DNA from: Thecamonas trahens ATCC 50062
Taxonomy: Eukaryota > Protista > Apusomonadida
DNA length: 64,000 nt
Direction of reading: 5' to 3'
Assembly (NCBI RefSeq): GCF_000142905.1
Contig: NW_013657669.1
Location: forward strand, 372,001-436,000
In this document: in pieces, positions 10,602 through 20,796 of the stretch
How positions within the stretch are numbered: the first letter of the stretch is position 1
How the letters are laid out: every line of letters starts with the position of its first letter
The notes under the pieces: model-generated
Database searches by the model: none
Told to the model about the DNA's origin: nothing
What the model saw: the letters and a program-made list of their open reading frames with translations, nothing else
Made by a program: the position numbers and the translations under genes

Positions 10602-11822
10602 ATGTCCCTCACAGCTTCGTCCTCGGCGTCACCCATGCTGCGGCCGCTGCCCGGGCTGGGCTCCTCGCCGGTGGGCGGCGGGCGGGCGGGCAGCGGGCGG
10701 ACGGGCAGCGGACGGGGCGCGGCGGGAAGCAGCGCGGCGGGAAGCAGCGCGGCGGGAAGCAGCGCGGGGCAAGCGAGCCTTGGCTTGCTGCCGGCCAACG
10801 CCACATTCCGGGCGTACCGGACAACGCCGCTCTACGGCCTGCGGGTGACGTCGGACGCGTTCTCGACGTACTCCAAGGCGCTGGTGGAGCACATGCGGGC
10901 TGAAGAGCATCGTGTCTCGGGCGCCTCGCCCTACCGTGTCTACCACGTCGTCGTCACCTCGCCCACCACCGCGGGCGACGATGTCCTGCACATCTCCGTC
11001 CACTACCGCCGCCACTACGACGACGCCGCTGCCGCCGCTGCTGCCGCCGCCGGCCGCGCCACCCGCCGCCGCGGCGATGACACCTCGCCGCTAGCTGGGC
11101 TCGACGAGGCCAAGGGCGTGCTCACGGTCTATCTCATCGGCTCACGCGACAGCAGCGGGCGCAAGTCCGACGCCACCAACGCGCAATTTGTCCACCTCCC
11201 GCTCCTCCTCACCAAGGGCCCGCTCTCCATGGCCCGCGACGTCATCAACTGGATCGAGACCTCGTTTGACGCCACCGTTGCTCCGCTCGAGCTCCCCTCG
11301 TACGCCCTCACCTCGCTCCTACATGTCTGGATGCGCAAGGTGGTGACCACCGATCCGGCACGCTTTGCCCCGCCCCGCCGCGGCCGCCCGCGCGCCGCAG
11401 CCACCGGCGCCCGCGAGCCGACCTCGCCCAAGCGCCCGCTCGAGCTCGTCTTTGCCGTCCTCGACGCCGCCCCGGGCCTCGACACCATCACCTACACCAT
11501 CGAGTATGACTCGGTTATGTCGCTCTACCGTGCCTCACGCGCCGCCCTCTTCCCCACTCCGCGATCGCCGCGCCGTGGCGAGACGGGCCTCTCCGCTGAC
11601 GACGAGGCCAGCCTCGCCGCAGCCGTCGTCGATGGCATCTTTACCCAGTTTGAGGCCGTCTTTGGCCTCGCCCTCTCGCGCGTCGTCCTCAAGCAGATCT
11701 CCACCCCCATCGCCATGATTACTGCCGGAAAGCTCAAGCTCCTGCTTCCGGGCGCTGAGATCGCGTCCTTTGTCGTCAACTCGCTGCACTCGTTTGTCAT
11801 GCCGCGCGGCGCCGCCGACTGA
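10602..11822 (+). CDS. CENPL: Centromere protein L (CENP-L/Fta1)-like CCAN kinetochore subunit
   Basis: Collinear CENP-L blocks: 'YRTTPLY', 'YSKALVEHMRAE', 'FVHLPLLLTKGP...VINWIETSFDATVAPL', 'ITYTIEYDSVMSLY', 'FEAVFGLALSRVVLKQISTPIAMITAGKLKLL'. Confidence 0.75.
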   Translation: MSLTASSSASPMLRPLPGLGSSPVGGGRAGSGRTGSGRGAAGSSAAGSSAAGSSAGQASLGLLPANATFRAYRTTPLYGLRVTSDAFSTYSKALVEHMRAEEHRVSGASPYRVYHVVVTSPTTAGDDVLHISVHYRRHYDDAAAAAAAAAGRATRRRGDDTSPLAGLDEAKGVLTVYLIGSRDSSGRKSDATNAQFVHLPLLLTKGPLSMARDVINWIETSFDATVAPLELPSYALTSLLHVWMRKVVTTDPARFAPPRRGRPRAAATGAREPTSPKRPLELVFAVLDAAPGLDTITYTIEYDSVMSLYRASRAALFPTPRSPRRGETGLSADDEASLAAAVVDGIFTQFEAVFGLALSRVVLKQISTPIAMITAGKLKLLLPGAEIASFVVNSLHSFVMPRGAAD

Positions 11823-11869
11823 ACCGGCGGCGCGCCTCTTGCTCGCAGCAGTAGTAACACACCCACCGC

Positions 11870-14662
11870 CTAACTGCCGCTCTTGGGCAGCGTGTTCTTC
11901 CGCGGCTTGAGTGCCGGTGGCGCGGTTGCTGCCACAACGCCGCTTCCGCCGCCCGCCGGCCCTGCGCCATGCCGCCCGCCGCTGCTGCCGCTCTCGCCGC
12001 CGTCGATGCCGCTCTCGCCGCAGCAGGCCGGCAGCTCGAGCGGCGGCGGTGCCGTTGCTGGGCCCTGGTCACGGACCTTGTGCGCGAGCGCCCGGATCTC
12101 CACCTGCCACTCATACATGGCGGTCGATGAGTCAAAGTACAGCTGATACTTGGTGACGCCAGTGTGGACGAGGGTGAACGAGTTGGGCGAGTGCGCAGTC
12201 TCGAGGTGCGAGAGTCCGCGCGACCGGAACGGCGTCTGCAGGGACCGCGGCGACATGCGCTCGGTCCACCCGCTTGGCGCGTCGTCAGGCCGCGGCGGCT
12301 GGAGCGGCGGATCTGCCACGTAGACCTCCACCAGCGGAAGGAGGGTATGGAGGACCTGCGGTCGCGCCCGCTTCTTCTTGCCGAGCAGCGGGTTCTCCGT
12401 TGTCCAAAAGATCGAATCGTCCGTGAGGTAGCAGAACACCTCGTGCTCCTCCGAGGTGTAAATGTTGACCACCGAGCACCGCGCCTCACGGACAAGCGTG
12501 GTGAGTCCGGTCTCAAGACCGACAACGTCGAGGCCGTCGGCAAAGAGCATCAGCGCCGCCAGCCGCTGTCCGTCGGGCGACGACTTGCGGGCCAGGTCGT
12601 GCCGACGCTTTTGCACCGCTAGCAGCCGCTCCTTGGCCCACTTGCGCTGCGACTCGAGCTTGGCCTCGAACCGGTCGAGCCCAGCTGGCGTGTCAAACGA
12701 GACCACAAAGTGCCGCCCGCCAATGTGCTGAATCCGCAACAGATTCCGCCGCGTCGCCGTCTCCCGCGGCCGCGTCAGCGCCAGTTGCTCCAGCGGCAGC
12801 GACCGCCCGAGCACAAACGAGCCGTCGCGCTTGGCCTTGAGCACCAGCAGCAAGTCCGAGAGGAGAACAAGCGATCGGACGTGCGACCGCTTGCCGTCTT
12901 GCGTAAACTTGACCACTTCGGCGAGCGAGACAAACAGCCGCGCTGCGGCACCCGATGTCAGCTCGCCAAAGCCAGCCACCGACTTGCACAGCTCGTGGAC
13001 CACCAGCCGGTTCTCCACCAGCCGCCGCGATGCGTTGAGCTCGTAGATGGCGGTGTGCATGGCACGAAGCGCAGAGCGGAGCGCAACGGCGTCAGCCATC
13101 TCGACAGGTGTTGCCGCCACCAGCTTCCCCAGTGTCTCCACATACAACGACAACCGCCGCACAGGCTTGCCCAGATACGAGAGCAGCGAGGTGTGGAGCG
13201 CGTGCGCCGACGCCCCGAGCCGGTCAAAGTACGCTGCAAAGATCGGGTCGCTCCGGGCGTCCTGGTACGCATCAACCGCCGCCGGGTGGTTGTTGAGAAA
13301 GCCGGCGTAGTGCTTGACCACCGCTGCAAAGTCGGAAAAGATGTCGGCAATCGAGGCCACAAACGGTGCCTGTGTTCGCCGCGTCTCCAGCCGCGCCAGC
13401 AGCGTCGCCGTCGCCTTGACCAGCTCTGGCACTTCTTCCAGGACCAGCCGGAGCGGAGTGGGCAGTTCGACCGGCGGGGCAGCCTCGTCGTCGTCTCGCG
13501 CGGTGGCGACAGCTACACTACTAGCCGGGAGCGCCAGCTCGCCGCCGACCGCACTGATTGTGGTCTTTGCTCGTGCTGTCCTCGACAGTGGGGACGGCGC
13601 GTACGTATCACGGGTGGTCGAGTCGTGCGAGACAAAGAGCGGAGAGCTCGTTGCTGGCGTTGCCGAATCCTCGCCCAGCGCCGCTGAAAACGACACCGAC
13701 CGCGGCGCACGTGTCGATGGGTCGACAAAGACCTTGAAAAGGATCCGCAGGTCGCGTAGGTACAGCCTTTCCGAGACCTGCAGCTCAAACATGAGCTTCT
13801 GCCGCTCGAGCTCGGTCGGCGCCAGCGACGCGGTGTCGATGGCGCACATGGCGCAGAACTCGAGAAACGTTCGCGCCTGTGCTACAGCGTCGCGCACCGG
13901 GTCGGTGTCTGCCGATGCCGACGAATCGGCCGCCGCTGCAGGCCCATTGTTGATGGCATCAAGCGGCGAGCGAGACTTGGCACCGCCACCGCAGCCATCA
14001 GCCTCGCCCACCAACCGCGCCACCACCGAAGCCCGCCTCAGCATGGTCTCCATCGAGTTGCCGAACATGGCGTCCCAGGCATCGCTAGTCTGCGGCACCG
14101 CGCTCACGTCCGCGCTGCTATCGTCGCCCTCGGCAGCCTCGTCGTCCATCGGCCCAGCCGCCATCGCCGCCGCTGCCACCGCCGCTGCAGGCGATCCGGT
14201 CAGTCTCGCCCGCGGCGCGGCGTACACATCCCACGCGTAGGTGCCAGGCGAATCTTGCGAGGCAAGGGACGGAGGCGACGGCGGCGGTGGCGACGTCGGA
14301 GCTGTGGAAGCGCTCTTCTGCTCCGAGCGCCCTGTCCCACTCGGCTCGGGGTCACGCGACGGGTCGTGGGCGCCGCCATCGATGTTGGCCAACTTGCCGC
14401 CAGGCGACATGCCGCCAGCCGAGTTGTTGTCGGCACAAATTCCGGCATCGTCGCCGTCGCCGTCGCCGCCACCGTCACCGTCGCCGTCGCCGTCATTCTC
14501 GTCGTTGTTGTTGTCGTCGTCGTCGTCCAGCAGCAGAAACAGTGAGTTGCGGCCCATGGAGGGGTCGGAGGAGAGCAGGTCGTCAGCGTGGATACGGCCG
14601 TTCTGTAGGGCGGCGAGCAGAGCCTCCATGCCGTCTTCCGTCTCGCCCTGCGTAGCAGCCAT
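11870..14662 (-). CDS. RhoGEF (DH-PH) with a second C-terminal PH-like domain
   Basis: DH motifs 'RQKLMFELQVSERLYLRDLRILFKVFVDP' and 'LLSYLGKPVRRLSLY'. PH 'RSLVLLSDLLLV'. Second PH ends 'YQLYFDSSTAMYEWQVEI'. Confidence 0.88.
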   Translation of the reverse strand: MAATQGETEDGMEALLAALQNGRIHADDLLSSDPSMGRNSLFLLLDDDDDNNNDENDGDGDGDGGGDGDGDDAGICADNNSAGGMSPGGKLANIDGGAHDPSRDPEPSGTGRSEQKSASTAPTSPPPPSPPSLASQDSPGTYAWDVYAAPRARLTGSPAAAVAAAAMAAGPMDDEAAEGDDSSADVSAVPQTSDAWDAMFGNSMETMLRRASVVARLVGEADGCGGGAKSRSPLDAINNGPAAAADSSASADTDPVRDAVAQARTFLEFCAMCAIDTASLAPTELERQKLMFELQVSERLYLRDLRILFKVFVDPSTRAPRSVSFSAALGEDSATPATSSPLFVSHDSTTRDTYAPSPLSRTARAKTTISAVGGELALPASSVAVATARDDDEAAPPVELPTPLRLVLEEVPELVKATATLLARLETRRTQAPFVASIADIFSDFAAVVKHYAGFLNNHPAAVDAYQDARSDPIFAAYFDRLGASAHALHTSLLSYLGKPVRRLSLYVETLGKLVAATPVEMADAVALRSALRAMHTAIYELNASRRLVENRLVVHELCKSVAGFGELTSGAAARLFVSLAEVVKFTQDGKRSHVRSLVLLSDLLLVLKAKRDGSFVLGRSLPLEQLALTRPRETATRRNLLRIQHIGGRHFVVSFDTPAGLDRFEAKLESQRKWAKERLLAVQKRRHDLARKSSPDGQRLAALMLFADGLDVVGLETGLTTLVREARCSVVNIYTSEEHEVFCYLTDDSIFWTTENPLLGKKKRARPQVLHTLLPLVEVYVADPPLQPPRPDDAPSGWTERMSPRSLQTPFRSRGLSHLETAHSPNSFTLVHTGVTKYQLYFDSSTAMYEWQVEIRALAHKVRDQGPATAPPPLELPACCGESGIDGGESGSSGGRHGAGPAGGGSGVVAATAPPALKPRKNTLPKSGS

Positions 14663-15280
14663 ATGGTTGGAGGGGAGGGGGGGGAGGGGGGAGGGGTTAG
14701 GGTAACCGGAAACGGGTTTAAGGTAATACCAACCCTANNNNNNNNNNNNNNNNNNNNNNNNNNNNNNNNNNNNNNNNNNNNNNNNNNNNNNNNNNNNNNN
14801 NNNNNNNNNNNNNNNNNNNNNNNNNNNNNNNNNNNNNGGGGTCGTCTTTCTCGGTTTATTTAGTGGAGGGGAGTGTAGCTAATCTTTTTGAGTGACGTGT
14901 GTGGCGTCAGCTTCCCTTGGTATGCTACGAGGTTACTTACTTTCTCGCTGCCTGTGTTTAGTACTTCGTCTCCGGTGACTCTCGACGCTGCTGGTCGTCT
15001 AGTGAGAGTAATAGCAGTGAGCTCATACGTATCGCACATCCACGCACTGCTTCCCTGGCTATATTAACTTGAGAGTTGTTAGGCATGGGGGACACATCAC
15101 ACTCGACCGAGCTTCCCAATAGCGCGGCTTCACTCCGCCCGGCTTTACCGATACCAGTTTCCAGGGGAGGGGTTTATACAGTGCAACGACTTGAAGGTTG
15201 AAGAGCAGGGAACGCGATTCGATCGCGGTCCAGACCCGCTTGCCTACACGTTCAGATTCATCCTGGGAGGGGGGGAGGGG

Positions 15281-15352
15281 GGTGGCGTGGGTGGCGTGGG
15301 TGGCGTGGGTGGCGTGGGTGGCGTGGGTGGCGTGGGTGGCGTGGGTGGCGTG
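15281..15352 (+). repeat. Tandem repeat (GGTGGCGTG)x8
   Basis: Read directly. Confidence 0.95.
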
Positions 15353-15515
15353 TGGCGGTGGCGGTGGCGAGTGGCCGCCGCGAGCGCCAGGCGTTTTGGC
15401 CGCCAGCCGCCGCCCGCCAGCCGACCAGCCGCCCGCCGCCAGCCGCCAGCCGACCAGCCGCCAGCCCGCCCCCACGGCATACACCGCTCTTCGACCCACG
15501 ACACACAAGAGGCTT

Positions 15516-15926
15516 ATGGCGACAGAAGAGACACCCTTCGTGAACGAGGAGGTGGCAGTGGCAAAGACAGGCGGCGGGGGCGTGCAGAAGCGCATGCTAG
15601 CCGGAGATTGGGTCTATGCCCGCCTGGAGGTGGCTCCCGTGGCCGCGGCCGTCGTCGGCGCTGCCGGCTTCAAGCACGCGGTCGAGAGCGCTGCACTGGC
15701 GCTGCTGGGACCGATCGGCGGCGCAGGAACGCTGGATGTGTTGTCGTTCAATGAAGAGTCGGGCGAGGTTCTTGTCCGCGCGCCAGCCGCAGACTGGGTC
15801 CGCCTCGCCGCGGCGATGACGTCAATGACGGCGCTCGCTGGCCAAGCAGCGGCGGCGAGGGTCGTCCAGCGGGCGGCCAGCCTCATGGGCCTGGCCGGCG
15901 ACGCCCGGCACGAGTGGCCAGAGTGA
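15516..15926 (+). CDS. RPP14: RNase P/MRP subunit Rpp14/Pop8-like
   Basis: 'AGFKHAVESAALALLGPIGGAGTLDVLSFNE...VLVR...WVRLAAAMT...RVVQRAASLMGLAGDAR' follows the Rpp14 pattern along its length; 136 aa. Confidence 0.78.
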   Translation: MATEETPFVNEEVAVAKTGGGGVQKRMLAGDWVYARLEVAPVAAAVVGAAGFKHAVESAALALLGPIGGAGTLDVLSFNEESGEVLVRAPAADWVRLAAAMTSMTALAGQAAAARVVQRAASLMGLAGDARHEWPE

Positions 15927-15946
15927 CGAGAGGGAAGGCACCGGCG

Positions 15947-16745
15947 TCAGCACTGGATGCCCATGCACGTACCCGGCGGCGGAGCGTCCGGATCTGCAGC
16001 AAGCGAGGTGGTGCCCGGAGCGGCTGCCACGCCCGAGGTGACGGCGGCGAGCGACGGCGTCTCCAGCACCTTTGTGACCAACTCGGAAAAGGCGTCACGG
16101 ACGCCCTCGGATGTTCTTGCCGACGTCTCGATGTACAGCATGGCATGCGCCCGGGCAAAGGCAGCGCCCTGGTCACGCGAGACCTGCCGCTCGGCGTCTA
16201 GATCGATCTTGTTGGCCACCAACATCTTGACCACGTCTGCGTTAGTCGAGTGCGCGTCCACCTCAGCTAGCCACTGCTCCAGACCATCAAACGTCTCCTT
16301 CCGCGTCACGTCGTACACCAGAATCACGCCCGTCGCCCCACGGTAGTACGACTTGGTCAGGGTGCGGAACCGCTCCTGCCCGGCCGTGTCCCAGATCGTC
16401 AGCTTGACCCGTGCCGTCTCCGTCTCCATCATCGCCACCTTGAAGTCGACTCCTGTGGATGTGGGGTGTAAGAGGGGGGAGGTGAGAGGGGCGGTATGGT
16501 GGGGGGGGGGGGGGGAGGGGAGGGGGGGGAGGGAGGGGCGGTGTTCCATAGGGGAGGCGGCGCGAAAGGCAAGGAAGGGGCATTGGGCATGGGGCATGGG
16601 GCAGGGGGGGCATACCGATGGTCGAGGACATGTCTTCGGGAAACTCGCCGTCACAGAATTGAAGGACCAGGCATGACTTGCCCACACCGGTATCGCCCAC
16701 AAGCAGCAGCTTCAGCAGGTGGTCGTACCCGCCTGCAGACGCCAT
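15947..16745 (-). CDS. RAB18: Rab GTPase Rab18; 2 exons (16745-16616, 16452-15947)
   Basis: [12 protein letters not shown]|VDFK split by a phase-1 intron (16615-16453, GTATGC...CCACAG), [20 protein letters not shown], Rab18-typical '[16 protein letters not shown]', ETSA, C-terminal Cys. Confidence 0.92.
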
Positions 16746-16824
16746 GGTTGGAGTCGCGTGTGCCGTCCCCGCCGACTCTGCCGTCGCTGCCGTCGCTGCC
16801 GTCGCTGCCGTCACTCACTCAGCC

Positions 16825-16874
16825 ATTGGCATTGGCCACTCACCGGCTCTGCTCTTTGGTCTCTGGCCGATTGG
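16825..16874 (-). promoter_or_regulatory. Three CCAAT motifs 80-130 nt upstream of the Rab18 ATG
   Basis: ATTGG on the + strand at 16825, 16831 and 16870, inside the divergent Rab18/DDT-FYR intergenic region. Function is unproven. Confidence 0.3.
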
Positions 16875-17288
16875 CTGAGCTGATACCACATCATAGCGAG
16901 TAGAAAGCACCATCGCATGCTGCTCAAGGGCTGGGACACTCATACTTGACATCTCAGGGGGAGCCGTGCCATCAGAAGAGCTGTGTACCATCGACTTCAG
17001 TAAACTGCCGCAGCTCGGGTCTTTCCTCATGGTCAGCAGCTGATGAGCTGTGATCCAGGGGATCACTCACTGCCGATACTCGCGCCTGTTCTGCTCTCCT
17101 TCTCGCGCCCCCTCCATCGCAGCCCTAGTTCCCGTTCTCCTCCCCATCGCTGACCCCCTTCCTACCTCTCAAATCCCGTTCACCCGTTGCCCTCCCCCCC
17201 CGATCCCCATTCTCAGCCCCCTCCCCTTTCTCTCTCTCCTCTCCCCAACTAACCCCGCCCCCGGCCGGCCACCACCACTCTACCCGTG

Positions 17289-20200
17289 ATGGACGAGACG
17301 GAGGAGAGCCAGAAGACAGCATCGGGCGGGGTAGTCCCGCACCTTGCGCATGAGCTTCCCATGGACCAGGGTATGTGCTGTCCCCTCTCACCTGTCCTCC
17401 CCCTCCTCCCTCCCCCTCCCCATCCCTGCACCAGTCTGCGGGTAGCCACCCCCCGTATACTCACCATCCTACCTCCGCCACAGACCAACGCAGGGCGTAT
17501 GCAGAGCAGGCGTGGGAGGTCATGGCCGTGGTCGACTTTTGTGCCATGTTCTCGGTGGCGCTGGGGAGGCTGAGGAGGATCTCGCGGACAGCCTTGGTGG
17601 ACGACCTGGTGGATGGGCGTGGGGTGGGGACGGTGGCCTCGATCCATGCACGGCTGCTTTCGATTCTCATTGATCATGCACGGGAGCATGGCGGGGCGGC
17701 CACGGTGGGCACATTTGGGCCCAAGCCATCCAATCCGCCGCCGAAGCTGACCACCGTCACTTCGGGCGTCTCCATCTGGGACTGGCCGTACAAGCTGAGG
17801 GACTACCTCGAGGGGTACCCGCTCCCGCTGGCGCTCTGCCGGGTCAATCCACTGGAGGACGTGCTGTACCGCGACCTCTCGCTGCCGTTCCAGATCCTGC
17901 TGATGTACGAACTTGTGGAGCGAGTGCTCCACGCCACCGACGCCATCCGCGGCACGCTTGTGGGCATCACCGACTACGATCCAACGGCGTATCGGACTCT
18001 GAGCATGGGCTCGGATGCGGCCGGGCGGCACTACTACTACTTTGGGCATGCCGACCGGCTCTCACTCTACCGATCGCGGCAGCCTGCCGAGGTGGAGGCC
18101 TCGGTTGCTGACGCGCAGGCCGAGACCTTTGAGGGCATCGAGACCGGGACGGGCGAGACGGTGACAGCGCTCGCACCATCGTCGCACAAAAAGGCCCAGC
18201 GGGTTCTCCGCGACGTGCTCACACCCGAGGCCTCGGACTTGCCGGCGCACATGCACCACCCGCTGGCATCGACGCCTGCGGCCGATGGCCAACTTGGCGC
18301 CATGGAGCTGGTGGCGTCGAACCACACCGAGTGGCTGGCTGTCTTGGAGGCGCTAGAGGGCTCGCGGAAGAAGGCTGAGCGTGAGCTCGGCGCCGACCTT
18401 CGGGTGCTTGTCTTTGACGAGATCGAAGAGCGGCTGGAGGATGCCGAGTCGCGGGCGGCAGCGGCGGCGGCGCGGGCGGCGGTGGCGGCCGAAGCTGCGG
18501 CGGCAGCTGAGGCCGCTGGGCTGAGCGGGCGCCTGCCAGCGCGGGCGGCACGGGCGCGGGCGACGTTTGGGCGGAGCTCGGCAAGCAAGGACGACGACAG
18601 CGACATCGACGCCAAGCTGCAGGCTGCATGGGAGCAAGACCAGGAGCGGCGCCAGCGAATTCGCGCGGCAGCTGAGGCCGAGGCGCGGCATGCGGCCGAG
18701 GCCGCGGCTCGTGCGGCGGCCGAGGCGGCCGAGGCGCGGGCGCGGGCCGAGGCGCAACGTGCGGCCGAGGCGCAGCGGCGCGAGGCCGCGCGCGAGCGGC
18801 GGCGCAACATGGACGCGCTGCGCGCCATGCACAAGGCCAAACTGATGTGCTTTAAGCGAGTGTTCAACAGCGAGTACATGAGCGCACGGCGGTCGTCGTC
18901 GTATCGCCGCTCGCGGACGCGACTGGAGGAAGATACGCTGCGGGCGATGCGCGAGTCGCTCAACCTCGCCGGCGTCGCGCCGCCGCTCCCGCCGGTTGTC
19001 CGGGTTGTGCCGACCGAGTCTGCAGTCAAGCTCATCAAGCCGTACAAGCGGCACGCCGACGGCACGCCAGTCCTCCCGGCGACCGTCGGCAAGTACACAG
19101 TGCTCTCGCTGGGTACGGTGGTCACGGATCGGCCGGGCTTCCACGCCGCCAACTACATCTGGCCGGTCGGATACAAGACGGCGCGGACGTACTGGACGAC
19201 TGTCGACAAGGGTGACCCGTCGGAAAAGGTGCTGTACTACTCGGAGGTACTTGACGGTGGCGACGCGCCGCTGTTCCGGGTCTCGTCGTCCGTCGACACC
19301 ACAATGGTGGCGACCGAGACGTCGGCGACGGCCGCATGGTCGGCCGTCGTCGCCCGCGCCAACAAGCTCCGCCCATCGTCGACCAAGCGGCAGACCAACT
19401 CAATTTCTGGACCGGGCTTCTTTGGCTTTACCGTCCCGACCATTGTGCACATGCTGCAGAACATGCCCGGCGCCGAGGCGTGCTCGGCGTACTCGGCCAC
19501 CCGGGTGGCGGTCAAAGGCGAGGCCGGCGATCCGGCGGTTACTGCAGCGGCCAAGGCCAAGGCCGAGGCCGAGGCGCTTGCCGTGGCGGCTGCACGGCGG
19601 CAGACCGAGGCTGCTCAGGCGGCAGCGCGCGGCGGCGCGCGGGGCGAGGGTGAAGTAGCGGAAGCAGCAGGAGGCGCCGAGGCCGTGGTCAAGGCTGAGG
19701 CAGCACCTCTTGCGCCGCAGCCGCGCAAGCATGCGTACGCCATGCTCGAGCTTGTTCAGATGCCCGAGGACGTGTTTGAGGTGGCGATGACCCAGGAGAC
19801 GGCGCTTGTGCTGGGCATGCACGACTTTGAGTCGTGGGTCTTTGAGTACGTCGACACGGTCAAGGTGATGCAGAACCTGGACATTCCGCTCACCCTCATT
19901 GGAGTCTCGTCGCGGACACGGCGGATGGTGGCAGACTCGGTAGCCCGCATTGAGCGGCTGCTGCTCTCGGCACCCGTCGCCACGCCGTCGCCGTCACGCA
20001 AGCGCAAGCGCTCCGCCACATCAACACCCAGCCGTGGCTCGTCGTCGCGGAGGCTCTCAGCCAAGGACGACGTCGAGATCTCCATTGCCGAGGCCCAGTC
20101 GCGGTTCCCGGACTTTGATGCGGCCTCGCTCGAGCCTGGCGCGCGCACCTTCATCGACGGCCGCGGTGAGCTCAAGATCAAGCGGAAGCGCGGCCGCAAG

Positions 20201-20368
20201 CCGCGCTCGTATGCCTCGGGCCCGTCTGCGCCAGCCAGTTCTGCGCCGGCCGCATCTGAGCCGGTTGTCACCAGTGTGAACGGCACTAGTGGCAACGACG
20301 CCAGTGCAAGCGGTACCAGTCCCATGGAGGTGGTGCCTACCGCGCCAGTTGGTCAGCCCAGCCATTGA
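17289..20368 (+). CDS. Chromatin protein with DDT/WHIM1-3, FYRN-FYRC and an AT-hook-like motif; 2 exons (17289-17370, 17484-20368)
   Basis: Phase-1 intron GTATGT...TACTCAC...CCACAG. DDT-like 'WEVMAVVDFCAMF'. WHIM 'YRDLSLPFQILLMYELVE', 'MGSDAAGRHYYYF', 'ELVASNHTEWLAVLEAL'. FYRN 'VLSLGTVVTDRPGFHAANYIWPVGYKTARTYW'. FYRC 'ISGPGFFGF...LQNMPGAEAC'. C-terminal 'KRKRGRKP'. Confidence 0.85.
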
Positions 20369-20369
20369 A

Positions 20370-20722
20370 GCACCATCATCGACAGTGTGCGTCATCGCCG
20401 AAAAAAAAGCCGCCGTGTCACGAGAAGCCACAGACGCGTCGATGAGACCGTAAAAGTACACCGGCTCGAACGCGGGGCCCACGCCGTCGGCCACCGGTTG
20501 GGCCGTCTCGATGTCGCGGACGAGCGAGGCGAACGGGTCGAGCGTCGGCGTACCCGCTGGGGAGAGGGTGGGGGTGGTTGTGAGAGGCGGGAGAAGGCCG
20601 AGTACACGCGCGGCGACCCGAGGAGGGCTTGGAGGACGGCGTGGACGTAGCACACGTTGCTGCCGTTGATCATGCCGCGCCAGAGCGGCGCAGGCGTCGG
20701 TGTCGGCCGGGCGCGCCACCAT
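20370..20722 (-). pseudogene. USP10/Ubp3-like deubiquitinase fragment (Cys box region), frameshifted and truncated
   Basis: One frame gives 'RGMINGSNVCYVHAVLQALLGSPRVY' (USP Cys box). The adjacent frame gives 'TPTLDPFASLVRDIE...GPAFEPVYFYGLI' (USP10-like). No His box follows. Confidence 0.7.
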
Positions 20723-20796
20723 CGTCGACGCACGATTACGTCGTTGACTATACCTCTCTCCCCCTTCCCCCCTCTACCCATTCTCACATCCTCAAC

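Noticed and set aside
14692-14736. Telomere-like TTAGGG and CCCTA at a gap edge
   Set aside because: Single copies in sequence next to a gap, with no array.
20555-20610. Intron explaining the USP fragment frameshift
   Set aside because: An acceptor-like CTCAC...CCCCAG exists, but no GT donor of the required phase 1 lies in the interval.
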